This document shows, piece after piece, positions 61,197-64,000 of a stretch of DNA of 64,000 nucleotides (position 1 is the stretch's first letter; each line of letters opens with the position of its first letter). Below the pieces are notes generated by a model. That model was not told the origin of the DNA. It made no database searches and saw only the letters and a list, made by a program, of their open reading frames with translations. Position numbers and translations under genes: made by a program. This DNA comes from an uncultured Pelagibacteraceae bacterium (GTDB taxonomy: Bacteria; Pseudomonadota; Alphaproteobacteria; Pelagibacterales; Pelagibacteraceae): NCBI GenBank assembly GCA_902561155.1, contig CACEOY010000005.1, positions 12,485-76,484 of the forward strand, written 5' to 3'.

Positions 61197-62908
61197 AAAA
61201 CATTTTATCTTTAGATCCTAGTCCATACTTACAACAACACAAAAATAACCCAGTTCATTGGCAAACTTGGAATAAGGATTCTTTAAATTTGGCTAAAACT
61301 CAAAAAAAACCAATATTATTAAGCATTGGTTATTCAAGTTGCCATTGGTGTCATGTTATGGCTCACGAGAGTTTTGAAGATCAATCAACAGCAGATCTGA
61401 TGAATAAATTTTTTATTAATATTAAAGTTGATAGAGAAGAAAGGCCTGATTTAGATTTTGTATTTCAAAGTTCTTATCAACTTTTTAATCAGAGTGGAGG
61501 CGGATGGCCTTTAACTATGTTTTTAGATGAAAATGGTGTCCCGTTTATGGGTGGGACGTATTTCCCTAAAAATGAAAAACATGGTTTGCCTGCATTTAAG
61601 ACTATTCTTCAGAAGGTTCACGAAGCTTACATTGATCAAAGAACAAAAATAATTGAGCAAAAAAATTTAATTACAAAAAATTTACAATTAAAGAAAACAA
61701 ACGTTATAGATCAAGAACCAGAACCAATTTTAGAAAATATTTTAAATAATTTGGATATGAAGAATGGCGGGTTTAAGGGCGCCCCAAAGTTTCCAACATT
61801 TTATGTATTTGATACTTTAGTATATTTTTATAATAAAACTAAAAATAAAAAATATTTAAAGCCTGTAGAATTAATATTAAAAAAACTTTGTTCTAAAGGT
61901 ATTTATGATCACGTCGAAGGTGGAATTTCAAGATATACAGTAGATGATAATTGGATGATACCTCATTTTGAAAAAATGCTTTATGACAATGTTCAATTTA
62001 TTTCATTATTAGCAAAGTTTTTAAAGATAAAGCCCGACAATTATTATTTGAAAAAAGTAAAACAAACTACAGATTTTTTAAAAGTAAATTTTTTAACTAA
62101 AGATACAAATTTACTTGGATCAGCATATGATGCTGATAGCGAAGGAGTAGAGGGGAAATACTATGTTTACAGTTATGAAGAGTTAAAACACATTAAAGAT
62201 ATTGAAAAATTTTTTAATATAAAGCCGGAGGGTAATTGGGAAGGTAAAATTATTTTAGATGAAATTAATGAACCAAAAGATGAAATAATAGAAAAATTGT
62301 TAGAAATAAGGAAAAAAAGAAAAAAACCTTTTTTTGATAAAAAAAACCAATTAGATTTAAATTGTTTGTGGGTTAGTTCATTAATTTCTCTAGACTCGAT
62401 TATTCCTAATCAAGGTTTTTTAAAAACTGCAGAAAATTTTTATCAAAATATTGAAAAAAAATTTTGCGCTAAAAGTATTTTTCACAGTTACTCTGAAGAT
62501 ATATCCTTTATAGAGGATTATGCTTACCTTATCCAGTGTTTGTTAGATTTGTCAGATGCCACGATGAATCCAATATACAGGTTGTCAGCGAAAAAATACT
62601 GCGATGAAGCTTTAAAAAAATTTTACGATAACAACAATAAAGTTTTTCAAAAAAATGAACATAGTAAAAATGATATCTTTACAAGTCCAATCGATATAAG
62701 TGACAATACATTACCTAATGCTAACTCTATCATGTTAATTAATTTTTCTAGATTAGGCTATGTTGATAAAGGAAATGAATTATCAAGCAGTTTAAATGGA
62801 TATTTAAATCTTTATAAAAGTTTTATGACAAGTTCACTTAAGGCATTAGATTTTTTTAAAGAAAATAAAATTGAAAAAAATTGCACCACAGAGGGGTGTA
62901 TAATTTGA
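61193..62908 (+). CDS. YyaL/SPATA20-like thioredoxin-domain protein (DUF255)
   Basis: SPYLQQHKNNPVHW, GYSSCHWCHVMAHESF, KVDREERPDLD, GGWPLT, PHFEKMLYD. Confidence 0.9.
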   Translation: MKNILSLDPSPYLQQHKNNPVHWQTWNKDSLNLAKTQKKPILLSIGYSSCHWCHVMAHESFEDQSTADLMNKFFINIKVDREERPDLDFVFQSSYQLFNQSGGGWPLTMFLDENGVPFMGGTYFPKNEKHGLPAFKTILQKVHEAYIDQRTKIIEQKNLITKNLQLKKTNVIDQEPEPILENILNNLDMKNGGFKGAPKFPTFYVFDTLVYFYNKTKNKKYLKPVELILKKLCSKGIYDHVEGGISRYTVDDNWMIPHFEKMLYDNVQFISLLAKFLKIKPDNYYLKKVKQTTDFLKVNFLTKDTNLLGSAYDADSEGVEGKYYVYSYEELKHIKDIEKFFNIKPEGNWEGKIILDEINEPKDEIIEKLLEIRKKRKKPFFDKKNQLDLNCLWVSSLISLDSIIPNQGFLKTAENFYQNIEKKFCAKSIFHSYSEDISFIEDYAYLIQCLLDLSDATMNPIYRLSAKKYCDEALKKFYDNNNKVFQKNEHSKNDIFTSPIDISDNTLPNANSIMLINFSRLGYVDKGNELSSSLNGYLNLYKSFMTSSLKALDFFKENKIEKNCTTEGCII

Positions 62909-63054
62909 AAAGAAATTATATCGAATGGTTAATTTGGTTATTTTTAGTAATTCTTTGGAATTATGGATATCCAGAAGCTACACCTTTTTATGATGTTTTA
63001 GTTGCAGTATTATTATCGTTAATTTTTGTTATTATAAAAAAATACAGAAATTAA
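62905..63054 (+). CDS. 49-aa two-helix membrane protein (TTG start, not in ORF track)
   Basis: MKRNYIEWLIWLFLVILWNYGYPEATPFYDVLVAVLLSLIFVIIKKYRN; TTGA overlap with the upstream stop. Confidence 0.65.
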   Translation: MKRNYIEWLIWLFLVILWNYGYPEATPFYDVLVAVLLSLIFVIIKKYRN

Positions 63055-63133
63055 TAAACCCACAGCATGCGCTTTTAAGAGGGTTGCATATTTTCAATCC
63101 AAGAAGTACAAGTATGAATATGCAGGAGCAGTT

Positions 63134-63328
63134 ATGGGAATTCATTATGATTATAAATCTACACGTGGTGAAAAAGCTTTGAAGAAAGAGGCTAAAAAGA
63201 AAGCACGTTTAGAACAAAGAAGGGCAAAAAAAATAAAAGATAACCCTTTACCGAAAAAAGAGGAAAAGATGCATGATATTGATAAGCCAATAACTTTAGA
63301 AGATTTAACGAATCCTGATAAATCGTAA
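63134..63328 (+). CDS. 64-aa basic hypothetical protein
   Basis: Strong AGGAG RBS 5 nt upstream; Lys/Arg-rich helix. Confidence 0.75.
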   Translation: MGIHYDYKSTRGEKALKKEAKKKARLEQRRAKKIKDNPLPKKEEKMHDIDKPITLEDLTNPDKS

Positions 63329-63471
63329 TGCCTAAACAAAATTTCGGACAATTGAATAATGATTTGAAAGACACTATTAGGCTTCAAAAAAAAAAGGAAA
63401 TTTACGAATTGCGTAAAAAAATACTAAAAAAAAATTTAAAAAAAAGAAAAATACAAAATACAGCAAATTAA
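63328..63471 (+). CDS. 47-aa basic hypothetical protein (not in ORF track)
   Basis: MPKQNFGQLNNDLKDTIRLQKKKEIYELRKKILKKNLKKRKIQNTAN; TAATG coupling upstream; stop abuts the dcd ATG. Confidence 0.55.
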   Translation: MPKQNFGQLNNDLKDTIRLQKKKEIYELRKKILKKNLKKRKIQNTAN

Positions 63472-64000
63472 ATGACAGTTCTCTCGGACAGGTGGATAAA
63501 AAAAATGTCTAATTCAACGGGCATGATCAAACCATTTGTAGATAAGCAAAATAGACGAGGAAAAGTTTCTTATGGACTATCATCTTATGGATACGACGCA
63601 AGAGTTTCAAATGAATTCAAAATATTTACTAATGTAAATTCGGGTGTAGTGGACCCTAAAGTTTTTAAAAAAGACAGTTTTGTTACGAAAAAATCAAAAG
63701 AATGTATAATTCCTCCTAATTCTTTCGCTTTAGCAAGAACTGTTGAATATTTTAAAATTCCTAAAAATGTCCTTGTAATTTGCTTAGGAAAATCTACCTA
63801 TGCCCGTTGCGGGATAATAGTTAATGTAACTCCTTTAGAACCAGGTTGGGAAGGACATGTAACTTTAGAGTTTTCTAATACAACACCTTTGCCTGCAAAA
63901 ATTTATGCTAATGAAGGAGTGGCACAATTTGTTTTTATTAAGGGGAATGAAATTCCCAATATTACCTACGACAAAAGAAAAGGTAAGTATATGAAACAAA
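63472..64000 (+). CDS. dcd: dCTP deaminase, truncated by the window end
   Basis: MTVLSDRWI...[10 protein letters not shown]...IPPNSFAL...[23 protein letters not shown]...YANEG. Confidence 0.93.
   Translation, partial: MTVLSDRWIKKMSNSTGMIKPFVDKQNRRGKVSYGLSSYGYDARVSNEFKIFTNVNSGVVDPKVFKKDSFVTKKSKECIIPPNSFALARTVEYFKIPKNVLVICLGKSTYARCGIIVNVTPLEPGWEGHVTLEFSNTTPLPAKIYANEGVAQFVFIKGNEIPNITYDKRKGKYMKQ

Noticed and set aside
1-64000. CRISPR arrays, IS elements, rRNA, recognisable riboswitches
   Set aside because: No regularly spaced repeats, transposase ORFs or rRNA-like segments seen by eye; a covariance-model search was not possible

Overview
Very AT-rich, gene-dense alphaproteobacterial chromosome segment with 0-10 bp spacers and many overlapping stop/start codons. 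Gene content and compaction fit SAR11/Pelagibacterales (inference from sequence only). It is mostly core genome: TAXI-TRAP permease, msrB, aceE-aceF, thiolase, uppP, gltD-gltB, thrS-infC-rpmI-rplT-pheS-pheT-lepA, ampG/trkH, class I lysS, pyrD, rpmB, cobS/cobT-DnaJ-BolA, aroK/aroB, def-fmt-truA, the rpmH-rnpA-yidD-yidC-argB-dapD-dapE run, dcd (cut by the window edge), tRNA-Arg(ACG) and tRNA-Ser(GGA). Points worth follow-up: (1) a glycan-modification cassette between lepA and tRNA-Ser with an SxtJ-SxtK-carbamoyltransferase triad, an ATG-A12-TAATG minigene in front of the carbamoyltransferase, and a last gene whose stop codon shares its final base with tRNA position 1; (2) a SET-domain methyltransferase plus HDAC-family deacetylase pair at the end of the dap operon; (3) a CobS/CobT-DnaJ-BolA module with no cobN nearby; (4) a lipoyl domain fused to homodimeric PDH E1; (5) a possibly exported MsrB next to a 10-Cys secreted protein; (6) several small ORFs missing from the ORF track. 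No integrase, transposase, CRISPR array or rRNA was seen. All family assignments come from motif recognition, not database searches.
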